From: Candidatus Poseidoniaceae archaeon
Lineage (GTDB): Archaea > Thermoplasmatota > Poseidoniia > Poseidoniales > Poseidoniaceae
Direction: 5' to 3'
Assembly: GCA_045568475.1 (NCBI GenBank)
Contig: JBJLAY010000028.1
Span: forward strand, 121-64,120
Length of the DNA: 64,000 bases
The notes below the pieces were generated by a model. That model saw only the letters and a program-made list of their open reading frames with translations. It made no database searches and was not told the origin of the DNA. The translations under genes and the position numbers were made by a program. Shown here piece after piece: positions 29,509 to 39,738 of the stretch (position 1 is the stretch's first letter; each line of letters begins with the position of its first letter).

Positions 29509-32500
29509 ATGATGACTGAGACTCGACAATACGCAACGGGACTGTCCATGGAGGCAGTACCTGCTGGCCAATCTATGCCCGATTGGCTTGTTGACGCATT
29601 GTTACACGGCCGGAAACTGATGATAATACATCCTAGCGAAGCATCCCGGAAGCAGAGCATAGAACTTCTCCATGCCCACGGGGGTGGTAAGTCAATAGAC
29701 ACTACTCATCACCTCACAATAAAACGATTGATTGGTATTTTACATCTCGATTTACGACTTCCTGTTCTGATGGAAGACGACGGGGTGTTATTCGAAAAAA
29801 CACACAAAGCATTAGCACAGGCGGCTAAGAATTACGGGTTCCCCTTATTGCAAGCAAATCCCCAAAACCGCTGGTCTAGATCAAGAAGCCGCCGCCTTCT
29901 GTCTTTACACAAGGAGTTAATCAAACTCAAGAGGCCTTGGGATTGGGAAGAAGACCCAGGGGCAAAATCTTGTGACAAGGTCCTAAAGGGCCTAGAGAAA
30001 GAAATGCAAGCAACCCACCCCTCATGTTTGGATCGAGCAGTTTGGAATGGTTTGAAAGAAAGCCAAGAAGCACCATTCACTATTTCTGATGTTGAAGGCA
30101 TAATAATGCTCGACCATCCTCCAGGTCTGAGCGAAGTTGTGATTGCAATACTGCAGGAGCTGTCTCGATTCACAGGATTCCACCAGTTGGTGAACCCGGG
30201 CTCTCACCGGCTTGGGTTTCATGGCGAATATGTTGAGGACATATCTCCAGTGCGAAATAACAAATCATTACCCAACTGGGTTCCTGAGCATGATGTATGG
30301 GCTGCAGAAGCATCCCCTGGGTGGTTAACCAGCATTGGGATAAATCGAAAATCAAACATTCATCATCTAATGTGTGAATTACAAAGCCATACTCCTCTAG
30401 CATTGGCAAATATGCTAACTCATCTCGAAGGAGATGTTCTAGTTGTTAGTGGCGATGCCGAGTCCTTGAAGCAATCTTTGAAGCCCCATTTAGATATGAT
30501 GGGGCACAAATTGTCAACGCCTTCCATCAAAGTTAGCGATAGCAGTGCTGTTGCAAGAATCATGTCTATTGTTGATATTTCTCGAGGAGAAGAGGCATGG
30601 TCATTATCTCGTTTGAACGATATTTGGTCACAGATTGAGTTGCCGATGTCTTGGCCAATATTGGACATCCAGCACCCATCGGAACAGGAGTGGAAACCAA
30701 AATTACATTCTAGTATTCTTACTGAGATAGCCAGAGGATTCCATCTATTAGGCGGCAGAGGGGCTCTGAGAAGATGGATATCCGTACTCTCTCAAGCAAC
30801 CCCTAGAGCGGGTGTTGACCCAATTAGGAGAAGTAGAGAGTTAGAAGAATGCCAATGGTGGCTCGCCTGCATCGCAAATTGGATGCACCCAATTTTGTCA
30901 TCGGCAGATCAAGAATCAATTCCACAGTCTATCGTTGGCTGTTCTTCAGGAGAAATACTTCCCATTCCTCAGCAGCCGAGTGACGCGATATCTTGGATGA
31001 ATTCATGTATGGAGCAAATCGATTGGGACATGTTAGCATCCAGAGATCAGGTTTCTGCAAACACCATTCCTGGGCTGCAACACCTAGTAACTTCAATATC
31101 TAAATTGCAAGAAGAAGATATACAAATTAATTCCGAAAACTTTAGCGAAATTTTAGAGAGCATTGCTTCGCAGGCCGAAATTCCTAGCATGAGAGCAGGA
31201 GATAAAGGCATCAAAATACTGGAGCCATCACAAGCATTTGGCCTCCAAGCGGAAAACCTAATTCTGTGCGGATTAGATTCTGAAACTTGGTCAATGAAAC
31301 CCTCTCAAATACCCTGGTTGGACGAAGCAAGCCGTATGAAAATAGGGTTGCACAGGCCGGATGAATCTCTAAGGCAAGGAAGGCACATTCTTCGACATTT
31401 ATTGAATAGTGCAAAAGAAATCGTAATCATAGATTCAAGTCTTGAAGAGGGAATAGAACTAGCAGGCCCTCTAGATGAATGGTTTAGTGATATTAACAGG
31501 GAGGGCGACCTTGCAAAGATGCATCAAGCACCACCCTTCATCGATAATTCTTCTTGGCACCCCGAGACTCCTAATCGCTCATGGGAATGGAAAACAATTC
31601 GTGGAGAAACGGTTCTAGTTTTCAGAGTAAATTCAATGGAAACAATAGAAGGAAGAGTTCGTACCCACAGAAGTGGGAATCTTAACAGAGACTACGTGCA
31701 ACGTGCCGGATTGTCCACTCTCGAATCCCGCAGACCTACATTGTTGCCTCTAAATCTTGATTCACTCCTTTCTGCTGCAGAAGTAGAAATCCTTGCAGAC
31801 CAGTATTCTCGAAGAAGAACGGGAGAGGGCCTTGAGCTTGGCGAAATATTCGAGTTCAGCGAGGCTCCAAATCGAATACAATCTATTGATATCAACCTCA
31901 TTCCCACAAAGAGTAAACCAGCAAATGCTCGACAATCTGATGCATGGCCTCACTTAGGTATAATGGGCAAAAAAAGCCTAGGCCTCCCAATAGATCCTCG
32001 GCCAATTCAACCACCTTCAACTATGATCGAATCACTAGATGGTATAACTGGCAGAAGCGAAAACCAACTTAGATTACCAGTAGTTTGGTCACAAGGCCGC
32101 CTTCAATCATGGCTTGAATGTCCCAGAAAAGCATGGTTTCAACGCCATATGTACCTTGGTAAAGATGACAATATGAGAGAGGATTTAGCAGCCACTGCAA
32201 GAGGAGACATAGTCCACCAGGTAGAAGAAGCGATATTACGAGCCCATGGCCTTGAAGAAGGCACAATTCCTGATGCCCCGGTTACATTACAATCAGGACC
32301 AGTAGATTTGGATTCAGCATGGTTAATCGCATTACAGACTTTGGAAGACAAAGCACCTTGGATGCGTAGGGAAGACGGCATTTCAGCCCATAGGTGTAGA
32401 GATCTGATTGGGGTTTCCCCCGGGCGTTGGAAAGAATGGATTGAATCTAGAACCCCAATAGAATTAGGTGGAAGAATCGGTAGAATGTTAGAATCAGATT

Positions 32501-33180
32501 TCGCACTTACTGATGCAGCCCCCATAGCCTCGGAATGGGAACTAGAAAGCAATGGGAACAAAAGAGTTGAACTCGGGTTACCCGATTGTGAAACTACTTT
32601 CAATCTACGCGGCAGGGTTGACAGAGTCGACCAATTGTTGTCATACCGGCATGAGAATTCGGGAGTTACAGATGTCATACCCTTAGATTTTGAATTTGAC
32701 AACCCTCCAAAATCTAACAGATTAGTGATTATCAGGGATCTAAAATCTGTAGATGGTACAAAAGATAATGGCGGTGATGAACGCCATCTTAAGGCAATAT
32801 TCAACGAATTACAATTGGCCCTATATGCACGTGCTTGGGAAATAGCAAACCCCGGCGACAGGGTAATTGGAGTAGGTGCAACTCAAGTGGGGATAGATAC
32901 TCATCCTTATCTCGAAGTAGATCCCGAGTTCATTGAAGAGTGTGACAATCTAGAAGTTGGTTCAGTACAAGGGCAAACTCATGACCATTACAGATTACCA
33001 GGGGATTCCAAGGATGAAACATCTAATCCGTTTAGAGCATGGATGAGAGAAAGAATCACAACAGCAATCAGAGTAATAGAAAATGCAACTGCTGGCAATA
33101 TACATCCTGAACCATCAGAATCCTGCAAGTATTGTCCGATAACAGAATCTTGTCCAAGTGCTTTACGAGGTGGTTGGTGA
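29509..33180 (+). CDS. AddB-like subunit with a degenerate N-terminal helicase-like region and a C-terminal RecB-family nuclease carrying a 4-Cys cluster
   Basis: The Cys cluster is CPRK...(nuclease)...CKYCPITESC, giving C-x(n)-C-x2-C-x5-C. The nuclease motifs are GRVDRVDQL, IIRDLKSVDG and QLALYARAW. There is no intact Walker A (IIHPSEASRKQ). The stop overlaps the start of the next gene. Confidence 0.65.
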   Translation: MMTETRQYATGLSMEAVPAGQSMPDWLVDALLHGRKLMIIHPSEASRKQSIELLHAHGGGKSIDTTHHLTIKRLIGILHLDLRLPVLMEDDGVLFEKTHKALAQAAKNYGFPLLQANPQNRWSRSRSRRLLSLHKELIKLKRPWDWEEDPGAKSCDKVLKGLEKEMQATHPSCLDRAVWNGLKESQEAPFTISDVEGIIMLDHPPGLSEVVIAILQELSRFTGFHQLVNPGSHRLGFHGEYVEDISPVRNNKSLPNWVPEHDVWAAEASPGWLTSIGINRKSNIHHLMCELQSHTPLALANMLTHLEGDVLVVSGDAESLKQSLKPHLDMMGHKLSTPSIKVSDSSAVARIMSIVDISRGEEAWSLSRLNDIWSQIELPMSWPILDIQHPSEQEWKPKLHSSILTEIARGFHLLGGRGALRRWISVLSQATPRAGVDPIRRSRELEECQWWLACIANWMHPILSSADQESIPQSIVGCSSGEILPIPQQPSDAISWMNSCMEQIDWDMLASRDQVSANTIPGLQHLVTSISKLQEEDIQINSENFSEILESIASQAEIPSMRAGDKGIKILEPSQAFGLQAENLILCGLDSETWSMKPSQIPWLDEASRMKIGLHRPDESLRQGRHILRHLLNSAKEIVIIDSSLEEGIELAGPLDEWFSDINREGDLAKMHQAPPFIDNSSWHPETPNRSWEWKTIRGETVLVFRVNSMETIEGRVRTHRSGNLNRDYVQRAGLSTLESRRPTLLPLNLDSLLSAAEVEILADQYSRRRTGEGLELGEIFEFSEAPNRIQSIDINLIPTKSKPANARQSDAWPHLGIMGKKSLGLPIDPRPIQPPSTMIESLDGITGRSENQLRLPVVWSQGRLQSWLECPRKAWFQRHMYLGKDDNMREDLAATARGDIVHQVEEAILRAHGLEEGTIPDAPVTLQSGPVDLDSAWLIALQTLEDKAPWMRREDGISAHRCRDLIGVSPGRWKEWIESRTPIELGGRIGRMLESDFALTDAAPIASEWELESNGNKRVELGLPDCETTFNLRGRVDRVDQLLSYRHENSGVTDVIPLDFEFDNPPKSNRLVIIRDLKSVDGTKDNGGDERHLKAIFNELQLALYARAWEIANPGDRVIGVGATQVGIDTHPYLEVDPEFIEECDNLEVGSVQGQTHDHYRLPGDSKDETSNPFRAWMRERITTAIRVIENATAGNIHPEPSESCKYCPITESCPSALRGGW

Positions 33181-36100
33181 TGATTAATTTCAACCGTTCT
33201 CAAAGATTAGGCCTTGATATTGATAGGCACATTGCTCTTGATGCGGGGGCAGGTACTGGTAAAACCACAGTAATGGCAAGCAGATATCTCCAACACCTAC
33301 TATCGGGTGACCAAAGAGCCACTAGACTGTTACCTTCTGCACCCAGAATTCCATTACAAGGAATGGGTGCGATTAGATGCCCTTCAAGAGAGAGAACGAC
33401 CCTTACAGACTGGCCGGGGCTACTACCTACTGAAACTGTAGCCATCACTTTCACTCGTAAAGCAGCCGCAGAATTAAAAGGACGAATTAGGAGACTCATC
33501 GCCTCTTTGCGTGCCCAACCTACCAGTGAAGGAGACGCCGATGGAGTTCATGACACTAGGTTGCGTAATCAGGGCGATGTGGCAATGTTACTTTCGTTAG
33601 TCGATGATGCACCAATCTCTACTATTGACTCGTTTTTATCATCAATTGTTTCTCCTTGGTTGGGACTTGTATGCGATGATCCAACCAGTGAACAAGTCGA
33701 TGAAGATGGAGCTATTTTTCTTAGAGAAGAAGCGATTAGAACAGCATGGAGATTACAACGCGGTATCGAGGGTATCGAGGCGGGGATGTCGGGAGATATT
33801 GAATCATTCTTGACAGCAAGAGACAGACTTTCAGTACTACTGGGGGGCCAATCATCATCTTCAACTGTAGTTAGAGGTATGCTGAAGCGTTCACTATTCG
33901 TCGAAGAAGCAGCAAGAAGGTTGAACGCAGGCGATTTAGAAAACATTAACGCTTCAACACTCGATGATTTATTCATCAATCCAATAATGGAATTTATTGA
34001 TGATTGGTATGCCGAATTCAGAGCGTACGTTACTCTATGGGTTGACGCATGGTTAGATGGCAGTGCTCTATTTGTTACAGAGGCGGATGAAGCGCAAGGA
34101 ATGACTCGCTATCGCTATGTCCAACATCTTTGTACCGTAGATGCTAACACTCAATTAGAGAGACTGCAATGGATTTGGCTTGTGTCACATGCAGTAACTA
34201 CTTTCAGAAATCTCAAAGAAATCAATTGTAAATCATTACATCATTCTCGCCCACCCAAAGGTAACGGTTGGCCGAGCGGTATTGCGACCAAAGGAGAATG
34301 CACATTGCAGAATGCAGTCAAGGACATGATAACAGCGAATGCTAGTGAACATGCTAACTCAATCAAAGCAATGCTACACACTTCCAGAGGTCTACTAATA
34401 CGTATACTTGGGCAATCATCACACCTACTCAATCCCTTATTTGCCGACCCAAATCCAGTTCCAGGGCAGATTGCTTATCCTCCAAGATTGGATGTAGACT
34501 TACCACAATTACCTCCGTGTGAATCAATGAGGCTGACTACCGAATTAGAAATTCAAGTGATTCAAGATTTATTCACTGTTCATCACGGAGTTCAAGAAAT
34601 CCTATCTCGTTTGAAAGTACAAGAGGGGGTTAGAGATCACGACGATATGCACCGTCTAGCTGAGGATTTACTATTGACTAAATGTCCAGCAGTATGTCGA
34701 AGTTGGTATCCAACATCAGTTATAGATGCTCTAGACTCCATTGGCGAGAGACCTTGGTCGGATGACCATTTACACCTTGCAATTCATGCCAGCCAAGGCA
34801 ATGAAGAAGTGCACGTTGATTTGATGCGCCGAATCGACATTTTACGAGAATTAAGAAGACAGTACAGGGCCTTCATTATCGATGAGTACCAAGATACAAA
34901 CCCACAACATTTCAGATTATTAGCAAGACTTTGGGGCCGCAGAAAGATATCGGAATCAGAACCTCCTCCCCCTGCCTCGCAATGGGATCCAACAATATGC
35001 ATTGTAGGTGACATGAAGCAGTCTATCTACCGATTTAGGCAAGCAGAAGTAACAGTAATGAGAACTGCAGTGGCTGCAATTAGGGAAATGAACCGTGACG
35101 AGGCAATTATGGAATCTCGAACCGAAAGCCTTCGCAGGCCCGATGCAGCGAGAGACCCTAGGCCAATACCTGGGGCCACTGGAGAATCGACAACCTTCGT
35201 TCGTTCAAGTGAATTATTGAGTGAGGATGCTGATAGAAACGAATGGATTTCTTTCCACTTAGATGATGACGAAGAAACGATCGATAATGAACTGCTTAAT
35301 CGAAGAAGAGAAGGGCATATCGAGATGTCGACAAACCATCGAACGCTTCCAAGATTGATGAATACGATGAATTCAATTTTCCAAGATTCGTTCTCAGACA
35401 GGCACCATATTTTACCCGGGCCGTGGCACGCCGAAGCCCAAGATTTGTCACCTGCCAGAAGTTCAGAAACCAATGCAAAATTGGAATGGATTCTTCCGGC
35501 TAGAACTGGAAATGGTATGAGGCCAACAGATCCAGAGGTTGCCATTGACCCATTCCTCTACGAAGGTTCCAAAGATCGAGAACTTGCAGCCAACCTACTA
35601 GCTAAGAGAATATCTGCACTGATTAACGGAGGGCCTGCTCGAATATATTCGGTATCTTCAGATTCATGGCTTGACGTTGCTGAAGAATCTGGAGCCTATC
35701 GGGCCGAGGATATCATGATCCTTGTGGCTTCACACAGTAGAGTTCCACAGTTGATAGATGCCCTAGATCGCCACGGAGTTCCAGCGATGGCAGGCAAGCA
35801 AGGAGTACTATTACACCGTCCAGTAATTCAACCATTGATGTCATTACTATGGCTTCTGACATCGCCAAATGACAAGAGCGCAGCATTAGCAGTGGCAAGG
35901 TCGACTTTGATAGGAATGAATGATTCTGATTTAATCGAACATCTTTCTAATCATGATGGGAATCAGTTACGGGGTCTGATAGATTCCGCTCCAACAGAAG
36001 AGGTTGGCTCTCTAATTTCTAGGTTCGAGGACCTTGCATCCAAAGGAAAAATCAGGGATGCGATAGAAACAGCAATCGATTATTCCGATTTACTCTATTC

Positions 36101-38009
36101 TTATCCACGCGAAGGAGACAGACAAGATGTTGAGAACTGGTTGTCGCTTTATGATCGAATTGCAGATAGAGTTGGAGGCGATGCTGCATTAGTTTACAGG
36201 CGATTGACAGAACTTTCCAATCTTGACGATAAGGATGCACCAAAGAGCAGTTCCCCTGGTTCTTCAGGGGCCGTTCAAATTCTTTCTATACACGGTTCAA
36301 AGGGACTAGAGGCGCCGGTTGTGGTAGCGTACGATGTATTCGCTACTGGTACTCGCGACACCTCTTTTTCATCTTCAGACAACGTTCTAGTTACCCCGGA
36401 CATAGTTGCTGGAAGAATACATCCATGGCGAGGCTCAGATAAGCCCCTAAGTGGTTTATGGACGCTTGCTAATTTGTTTGATGACGGCCAGCAAAGAGCT
36501 GAGCGTAGACGCCAATTTTACGTCGCTCTGACAAGAGCGAGGGACCGAGTAATCATCGCAGGAACATCATCGAGCGGTGCTACAATAGACGCCAACGGAT
36601 TAATCAAAATGAAACGAGGAAAGGGCCGACAGAATATGGGTCAAATGTTCTTGGATGGATTAGCCCATGCATCAATAGAAGCAGGAAACGAAGGTTGCAG
36701 TTGGTCAGTAGGCGGAATTGACCAAACGGCTTCAACACTTCATTTGGACCCAGGGCAATTATACCTCAACGCCTACCTCGGCGATAATTGCGTTCAAGGA
36801 ATTTCGATTTTCCATCACCCCGATTGCTTTGAGAGTAATGCCCAAGCATCAACTCTAAACATTTGGAGACAAAGATTAGACTTGTCCCAAACCGTAGAAT
36901 CAAATCCTGTGGATAGCATTCCAAAAGCCATCACTTTCAATGTGCCAATGACCTCTCATGGGCTTGATGTAACACACGCTTGTAACAGGAGGCATTGGCT
37001 GTCAAGTAAATTAAATTGGAATTCAGAACGGTTCGAATTCATCACTCATAATAAAGAAGATATGTATTGGCCTGCAGCAACGGAGTTCGGGTCACTATTC
37101 CATAGATTATTGGAAATTGGTTTAGCAAACCCTGGCTCAAATGCCGGTGACCTAGATGCAACTTGGACTCAGAAACAGTTAGACAATCTGACTAATGAAA
37201 AGACACTGGATGAAGTCATGGCACAATCAAGTATTACAGATGAAGAAATCACCGGTAGAACCCGACTTAGATTGTTACACTTAGGTAAATTAGCTAGAAA
37301 TGGAGCACTTGGCAAATTAGTTTCAGGCGAGGAATACGACGGATTCAAAGTTGAAGGATTGCGTACTGAGTTACCATTCTATCTCTCATTGAACCATCGT
37401 CCAGATTCGCTACACAGATCAATTTGGACACCTCACGGGCGCCAAATTAAGTCTGTAATCGAGTCAATAAACGCAATTTTTGATGGAAGAGCAGACCTAG
37501 TTCTAGCACTCAGGGACCGAGAATCTCAAGGATGGTTACAGGTAGTTGACGCTAAGACAAAACAATGTCTTGGGGGATTCAATCCCTCAAACCCTTTGGA
37601 AGGTAATGAATTACAGATGTCTCTAAGCGAGACCTCGCCCCATGCATCATCTCCTTCCGAAGAAGCCATAATTGCCGAACATCGGCTTCAATTGACACTT
37701 TACAGCCTGGCTTTAGAAATCGGCGAAGCAATCAAGCCTGAATCCGAGAGGCGAAAAATTCTGCCGCCAGCGATTCAAATTTCAGCCTCAGGCAGAATGG
37801 TTCGTATGACTGACGAAGATTACAAGGAGGCAAGATTGGATTTGGATGAATTGATTAGGTGGATTGGAGAAACCGAAGCATTAGAAGAAGAAGCAACCCC
37901 TCCTAGAAGGTTACCAGTGGAGCAATCTTCAACATGTGAGTCGTGCCCTTACTACAGTGGTTCAATCAAACTTTGTGGCCCTGAAGGTGAGAGGCTTGGC
38001 CCAGCATAA
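33180..38009 (+). CDS. AddA/RecB-like SF1 (UvrD-family) helicase fused to a C-terminal RecB-family nuclease
   Basis: Motif I is DAGAGTGKTT, Ia is VAITFTRKAAAELKGRIRR, II is FIIDEYQDTNPQHF, III is GDMKQSIYRFRQA, V is ILSIHGSKGLEAPVV and VI is YVALTRARDRVII. The nuclease motifs are ADLVLALRD...VVDAKTKQ and QLTLYSLAL, with CESCPYYSGSIKLC at the C-terminus. The ATG at 33180 overlaps the upstream TGA as TGATG. The ORF track starts 48 nt earlier. Confidence 0.8.
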   Translation: MINFNRSQRLGLDIDRHIALDAGAGTGKTTVMASRYLQHLLSGDQRATRLLPSAPRIPLQGMGAIRCPSRERTTLTDWPGLLPTETVAITFTRKAAAELKGRIRRLIASLRAQPTSEGDADGVHDTRLRNQGDVAMLLSLVDDAPISTIDSFLSSIVSPWLGLVCDDPTSEQVDEDGAIFLREEAIRTAWRLQRGIEGIEAGMSGDIESFLTARDRLSVLLGGQSSSSTVVRGMLKRSLFVEEAARRLNAGDLENINASTLDDLFINPIMEFIDDWYAEFRAYVTLWVDAWLDGSALFVTEADEAQGMTRYRYVQHLCTVDANTQLERLQWIWLVSHAVTTFRNLKEINCKSLHHSRPPKGNGWPSGIATKGECTLQNAVKDMITANASEHANSIKAMLHTSRGLLIRILGQSSHLLNPLFADPNPVPGQIAYPPRLDVDLPQLPPCESMRLTTELEIQVIQDLFTVHHGVQEILSRLKVQEGVRDHDDMHRLAEDLLLTKCPAVCRSWYPTSVIDALDSIGERPWSDDHLHLAIHASQGNEEVHVDLMRRIDILRELRRQYRAFIIDEYQDTNPQHFRLLARLWGRRKISESEPPPPASQWDPTICIVGDMKQSIYRFRQAEVTVMRTAVAAIREMNRDEAIMESRTESLRRPDAARDPRPIPGATGESTTFVRSSELLSEDADRNEWISFHLDDDEETIDNELLNRRREGHIEMSTNHRTLPRLMNTMNSIFQDSFSDRHHILPGPWHAEAQDLSPARSSETNAKLEWILPARTGNGMRPTDPEVAIDPFLYEGSKDRELAANLLAKRISALINGGPARIYSVSSDSWLDVAEESGAYRAEDIMILVASHSRVPQLIDALDRHGVPAMAGKQGVLLHRPVIQPLMSLLWLLTSPNDKSAALAVARSTLIGMNDSDLIEHLSNHDGNQLRGLIDSAPTEEVGSLISRFEDLASKGKIRDAIETAIDYSDLLYSYPREGDRQDVENWLSLYDRIADRVGGDAALVYRRLTELSNLDDKDAPKSSSPGSSGAVQILSIHGSKGLEAPVVVAYDVFATGTRDTSFSSSDNVLVTPDIVAGRIHPWRGSDKPLSGLWTLANLFDDGQQRAERRRQFYVALTRARDRVIIAGTSSSGATIDANGLIKMKRGKGRQNMGQMFLDGLAHASIEAGNEGCSWSVGGIDQTASTLHLDPGQLYLNAYLGDNCVQGISIFHHPDCFESNAQASTLNIWRQRLDLSQTVESNPVDSIPKAITFNVPMTSHGLDVTHACNRRHWLSSKLNWNSERFEFITHNKEDMYWPAATEFGSLFHRLLEIGLANPGSNAGDLDATWTQKQLDNLTNEKTLDEVMAQSSITDEEITGRTRLRLLHLGKLARNGALGKLVSGEEYDGFKVEGLRTELPFYLSLNHRPDSLHRSIWTPHGRQIKSVIESINAIFDGRADLVLALRDRESQGWLQVVDAKTKQCLGGFNPSNPLEGNELQMSLSETSPHASSPSEEAIIAEHRLQLTLYSLALEIGEAIKPESERRKILPPAIQISASGRMVRMTDEDYKEARLDLDELIRWIGETEALEEEATPPRRLPVEQSSTCESCPYYSGSIKLCGPEGERLGPA

Positions 38010-38622
38010 CCAATGTTCCTGGAAAATCATCTTTTGAAGCGACTTGATGGATTTCTACATTAGTAAAACCAGCCGAAACCATTGCGTCTTTCCATTGTGC
38101 AATACTTAGGGTAGTCATGTGAACTCCAACGTGCTCAGGCCATGTTAGGGACTCTTCATGCTCCTTGTAATGGTCTACTCCTGCAACTAAGATACCCCCA
38201 TCATTCAGCCAATTGTCGTGAATAATGGAAATCATTTCTGCGGGGTCATGTAAGTAGTAGAGGAATTCCATAGAATGTACCAAATCAAAGGTTTGCTCAG
38301 GCTGCCATTCTGGAAGATATCCATGTGAATATTTGTGAACAGAATCGATTTCTTTTGCCTTGTTAATCATTGCTTCAGCGCCATCGACACCCTCGCTGTG
38401 TGCTGCACCTAATTCAGTTAGCATTCGCGTAACCCATCCATTACCACAACCTAGATCAATCGATGTGAAATCATTTCCAACCTTTGGTAAAGCAAGTTCT
38501 AACATCTTTTTGACAGAGGGGGCGTGTCCTCTTTCCATGCCCTCATCCTTACCGATTAATGCCCATTGAGAAAATACTTCAGTCGCAGACTTGGGTTGCA
38601 TTATATGGCGCAATCGAATCAC
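37966..38622 (-). CDS. Class I SAM-dependent methyltransferase
   Basis: Motif I is IDLGCGNGWVTRML. Confidence 0.65.
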   Translation of the reverse strand: MIRLRHIMQPKSATEVFSQWALIGKDEGMERGHAPSVKKMLELALPKVGNDFTSIDLGCGNGWVTRMLTELGAAHSEGVDGAEAMINKAKEIDSVHKYSHGYLPEWQPEQTFDLVHSMEFLYYLHDPAEMISIIHDNWLNDGGILVAGVDHYKEHEESLTWPEHVGVHMTTLSIAQWKDAMVSAGFTNVEIHQVASKDDFPGTLVMLGQASHLQGHKV

Positions 38623-38633
38623 CTCGATAAACC

Positions 38634-39641
38634 GTGTGGATTAATCGAAAGGAACATGTTCTAGGTTCTATTGCAGAAATTATGAACCTATCTTCGCAGA
38701 GTATTGACGATGTACTTTATCCGCAAATCGAAGCTCATACAAAAGGGGCATTGCAGGTATCGGAATTACACACGATCGCATGGGAGAGAAGCGGGAACCC
38801 TGAAGGAATTCCAGTCATAGTTATCCATGGCGGGCCGGGTGGCGGTAGTCAGCCATCTTATCGCCGTTATTTCAATCAACAAAAGTTCGATATCATTCAA
38901 TTCGATCAACGCGGTTGTGGACAGTCTACTCCTTATGCAGAACTAGAAGACAATAATACCCAAGCATCGGTTTCGGATTTAGAGAGTCTTCGGGGACATT
39001 TGGGTATCGAAAAATGGCATGTTTTCGGAGGTTCATGGGGCTCAACCTTGTCTTTGATTTATGCACAAACGCATCCAGAAAGAGCACTTAGCCTGGTCTT
39101 AAGAGGAATATTCATGTGTAGGAAAAGCGAGTTACAATGGTTTTACCAAGATGGAGCAAGTCACATTTTCCCTGATGCTTTTGATTCTTACAGAGACCAC
39201 ATCCCAGAGTCTGAACAGAATAACTTGATTGAAGCCTATTACTCAAGATTGACTAGCGGCGATGCCGAGATAAGAAGAGCAGCAGCCCGGGAATGGACTC
39301 GTTGGGAAATGGCAACTAGCAGACTTTTCCCCGACCCAGAATATCTGGATAAAGCAGAAGATTTGGATTTCGCGGTTGCCTTTGCTAGAATTGAATGCCA
39401 CTATTTCATCAATGCAATATTTGTCGAAGAAGCATATATTCTGAATAATGTATCCAAGATAGAATCAATTCCTACTACTATCGTACAGGGTAGATATGAC
39501 GTAGTGTGCCCTACAAAGAGCGCTTGGGAGCTGCATAAAGCATTACCAAATAGCAATCTAATCATCGTTCCAGATGCAGGACATTCTATGGGAGAAGTCA
39601 GTATCGCAAGAGAATTGGTTGCTGCAACCGACTCAATCTAA
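38634..39641 (+). CDS. pip: Proline iminopeptidase (prolyl aminopeptidase, alpha/beta hydrolase)
   Basis: VIHGGPGGGS and the nucleophile elbow GGSWGSTL support the call. Confidence 0.8.
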   Translation: MWINRKEHVLGSIAEIMNLSSQSIDDVLYPQIEAHTKGALQVSELHTIAWERSGNPEGIPVIVIHGGPGGGSQPSYRRYFNQQKFDIIQFDQRGCGQSTPYAELEDNNTQASVSDLESLRGHLGIEKWHVFGGSWGSTLSLIYAQTHPERALSLVLRGIFMCRKSELQWFYQDGASHIFPDAFDSYRDHIPESEQNNLIEAYYSRLTSGDAEIRRAAAREWTRWEMATSRLFPDPEYLDKAEDLDFAVAFARIECHYFINAIFVEEAYILNNVSKIESIPTTIVQGRYDVVCPTKSAWELHKALPNSNLIIVPDAGHSMGEVSIARELVAATDSI

Positions 39642-39738
39642 CCACCAAGAGATTCAACAAATCTGGTATCGTTCAGGCGTCGGCTTGATATGTATGGCCA
39701 ATCTCGGTAGATAGGAAGGCATAGCCTTAGGTGAGAAA

